From Trueperaceae bacterium (lineage in GTDB: Bacteria; Deinococcota; Deinococci; Deinococcales; Trueperaceae): a DNA stretch of 64,000 nt. Below the pieces are notes generated by a model. It saw only the letters and a list, made by a program, of their open reading frames with translations, searched no databases and was not told the DNA's origin. The stretch covers positions 2,528,001 through 2,592,000 of the forward strand of contig OZ243956.1 in assembly GCA_965214405.1 (NCBI GenBank), in the 5' to 3' direction. Below are positions 62,230 to 64,000 of the stretch, piece by piece. Each line of letters opens with the position of its first letter. Position 1 is the stretch's first letter. Both the position numbers and the translations under genes were made by a program.

Positions 62230-63299
62230 GCCAGCCAGCCCCCCTCCAGGGCCTCGAGCGCGTGATAAGAAATTATCAGGTCAGCCCCGGCGCGGCGGAT
62301 GGAAAGGAGGCTTTCGCGCACCGCCGCGGGTTCGTCGAGCACGCCCGCCGCGGCGGCGGCCTTGAGCATCGCATATTCGCCCGAGACGTTGTAGGCCACC
62401 AGCGGCAGCGTGGTCTGCGGGCGCAGCCGGGCCAAAACGTCTAAGTAAGGCAGCGCGGGCTTAACCATGAGCATGTCCGCGCCTTCGGCCTCATCCAAAG
62501 CGGCCTCGCGCCCCGCCTCGCGGGCGTTGCGCGGGTCCATCTGGTAAGTTTTGCGGTTTCTCGGCGGCGTCATGCCGTCATAATAGGCTGCGTCTCCCTG
62601 TGGCGCCGAGCCCGCCGCATCCCTGAAAGGCCCGTAAAAGGCCGACGCGTACTTGACCGCGTACGAAAGAATCCCCACCTCCGCGAAACCCGCCGCGTCG
62701 AGCGCACCCCGGATGTGACCCACCCGCCCGTCCATCATGTCGGACGGCGAGACCATATCCGCGCCCGCCTCGGCGTGGATAAGCGCCATGTCGGACAAGC
62801 GGCGGAGGCTCGAGTCGTTGTCCACCACCAGTTCAGTTTTCGGGCCGCGCGGCGCTTTCAACAGCCCACAGTGCCCGTGGTCGGTATAACCGCACAAGCA
62901 CACGTCGGTGATGAGAACAAGGTCGTCGCCAAACGCACGCTTCGCCTCGCGTAGCGCCGCGGGCACGGGGCCGCGCGGGTCGCTCACTGCCGCGCCCGTG
63001 GATGATTTGACGTTAGCAGGCACGACGCCGAAGAGGACGGCGGAGCGGACGCCCACGTTAAGGGCACGCTCGAGTTCCCTTAGCAACTTGTCAACGCTCA
63101 AGCGCGACACGCCGGGAAGCGAGCCGATGGGCTCCTCGGCGTCACGTCCGGGAATCACAAAAAAGGGCGCGATGAAGTGGCGGGGCTCGAGCGCCGTCTC
63201 CGCGACGAGCGCGCGCATTGCGGAACCCCCCCGCAAACGGCGTGGACGTTTGATGAGCTCTGCTGTGTCTTTCGTGATGCGCTCTCTCACTGTTGTCAT
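62226..63299 (-). CDS. hemB: Porphobilinogen synthase (Zn-binding type)
   Basis: RPRRLR, DVCLCGYTDHGHCG, SPSDMMDGR, KYASAFYGPFRDA, MVKP, YNVSGEY. Confidence 0.96.
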   Translation of the reverse strand: MTTVRERITKDTAELIKRPRRLRGGSAMRALVAETALEPRHFIAPFFVIPGRDAEEPIGSLPGVSRLSVDKLLRELERALNVGVRSAVLFGVVPANVKSSTGAAVSDPRGPVPAALREAKRAFGDDLVLITDVCLCGYTDHGHCGLLKAPRGPKTELVVDNDSSLRRLSDMALIHAEAGADMVSPSDMMDGRVGHIRGALDAAGFAEVGILSYAVKYASAFYGPFRDAAGSAPQGDAAYYDGMTPPRNRKTYQMDPRNAREAGREAALDEAEGADMLMVKPALPYLDVLARLRPQTTLPLVAYNVSGEYAMLKAAAAAGVLDEPAAVRESLLSIRRAGADLIISYHALEALEGGWLA

Positions 63300-63309
63300 A
63301 CCGTTAACC

Positions 63310-64000
63310 TCACGCTTCTACCAACCTTTCGATAACCTCAATCACCGCCGCCGCGTCGGGGCGTTCGGCGCATTCGGCCCGCCAGCCGCGCGCCGTTACC
63401 GCGTCCGCAGTGCTCGGCCCCAGAGTCACGAGCCGCGCCCGCGCGCCCACCTCGTCGGACAAACCCGCCACCGCCGAGGGGCTGCTGAGCACCACTACGT
63501 CCACGCCCTTGATATCACCTTTAACGGCGTCTGCCCACTCGAGCCCTACCGTCTGATAAATCACCACCGGGTAGGTCTCAAAGCCGTGTCGCACCAGGGT
63601 GTCGCGCAGGGTTGGGAGCGCCCGGTTTCCCTGAGGCAAGCCCACCGGACCCTCCCCGCCTCTTTCCAAGAATACCGCCGCCAGCCCCGCTGCGTTCTGG
63701 GGCTCGCCCACAAGCGAGACTTCGCTGCCGCCCTCTAGAAGCGCCCGCGCGGTCTTGTCACCCACCGCGCCCAAACGTGAGCCGTTTAGAGAGAAGCTTT
63801 CTAAAGGAAGGCCCAGCGCTCCCCACGCCTCAACGCCCGCGGGGGAGGTGAAGAGCAGCCAGGGGAGGCCGATGAGCGCCCGCGCCGCCTCGCGCACTGC
63901 CGGGGTGAGCAGGGGTGCAGTTTGGATGAGGGGCACCCGCACCACGTCGATGCCGCGTTCTCGTAAGGACTGCTCGAGCCCCTCCAGCCGCCCCTCCGAC
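63310..64000 (-). CDS. hemD: Uroporphyrinogen-III synthase (5' end outside the window)
   Basis: LLFTSPAGV, AVGDKTA, YQT, SSPSAV, LGPSTA; frame stays open to the window edge. Confidence 0.88.
   Translation of the reverse strand, partial: SEGRLEGLEQSLRERGIDVVRVPLIQTAPLLTPAVREAARALIGLPWLLFTSPAGVEAWGALGLPLESFSLNGSRLGAVGDKTARALLEGGSEVSLVGEPQNAAGLAAVFLERGGEGPVGLPQGNRALPTLRDTLVRHGFETYPVVIYQTVGLEWADAVKGDIKGVDVVVLSSPSAVAGLSDEVGARARLVTLGPSTADAVTARGWRAECAERPDAAAVIEVIERLVEA

Overview
This GC-rich bacterial chromosome segment contains the replication origin and almost certainly comes from a Deinococcota member (Trueperaceae-like). Supporting signs are mnmG-rsmG-parA-parB divergent from dnaA, the order dnaA-oriC-dnaN-eno-pyk, a double-OB-fold SSB and many leaderless genes. 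The left part holds gpsA, an ABC exporter, SAM-I riboswitch-metF-metH, a divergent GHMP kinase/nucleotidyltransferase pair, acuBC, a GH3 hydrolase, remnants of two integrative elements at a tRNA-Ile2(CAT), greA, sigA, three Lpt-like genes, hsp20, miaA, dnaJ, a Fur-family gene and mdh. The centre holds two parS sites, oriC with about 12 DnaA boxes, and rpsF-ssb-rpsR-rplI. The right part holds a CI/LexA-like repressor and an 18-kb heme/catalase cluster (hemD, hemB, two-component system, hemE, hemF, katA, ankyrin, hemH, hemY) interrupted by toxin-antitoxin and Uma2 genes. Most notable observations: (1) the ferrochelatase looks like the animal mitochondrial enzyme, including all four [2Fe-2S] cysteine ligands, within an oxygen-dependent protoporphyrin pathway; (2) the palindrome CTCGAG is iterated roughly 9-fold above expectation, like cyanobacterial HIP1; (3) the S24 repressor has Cys in place of the catalytic Ser; (4) a candidate structured RNA lies between dnaN and eno; (5) short tandem duplications recur, one frameshifting a vapC and one lying on the sigA ribosome-binding site. 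No CRISPR array, rRNA or intact IS element was seen. All family calls come from motif recognition by eye, not database searches.
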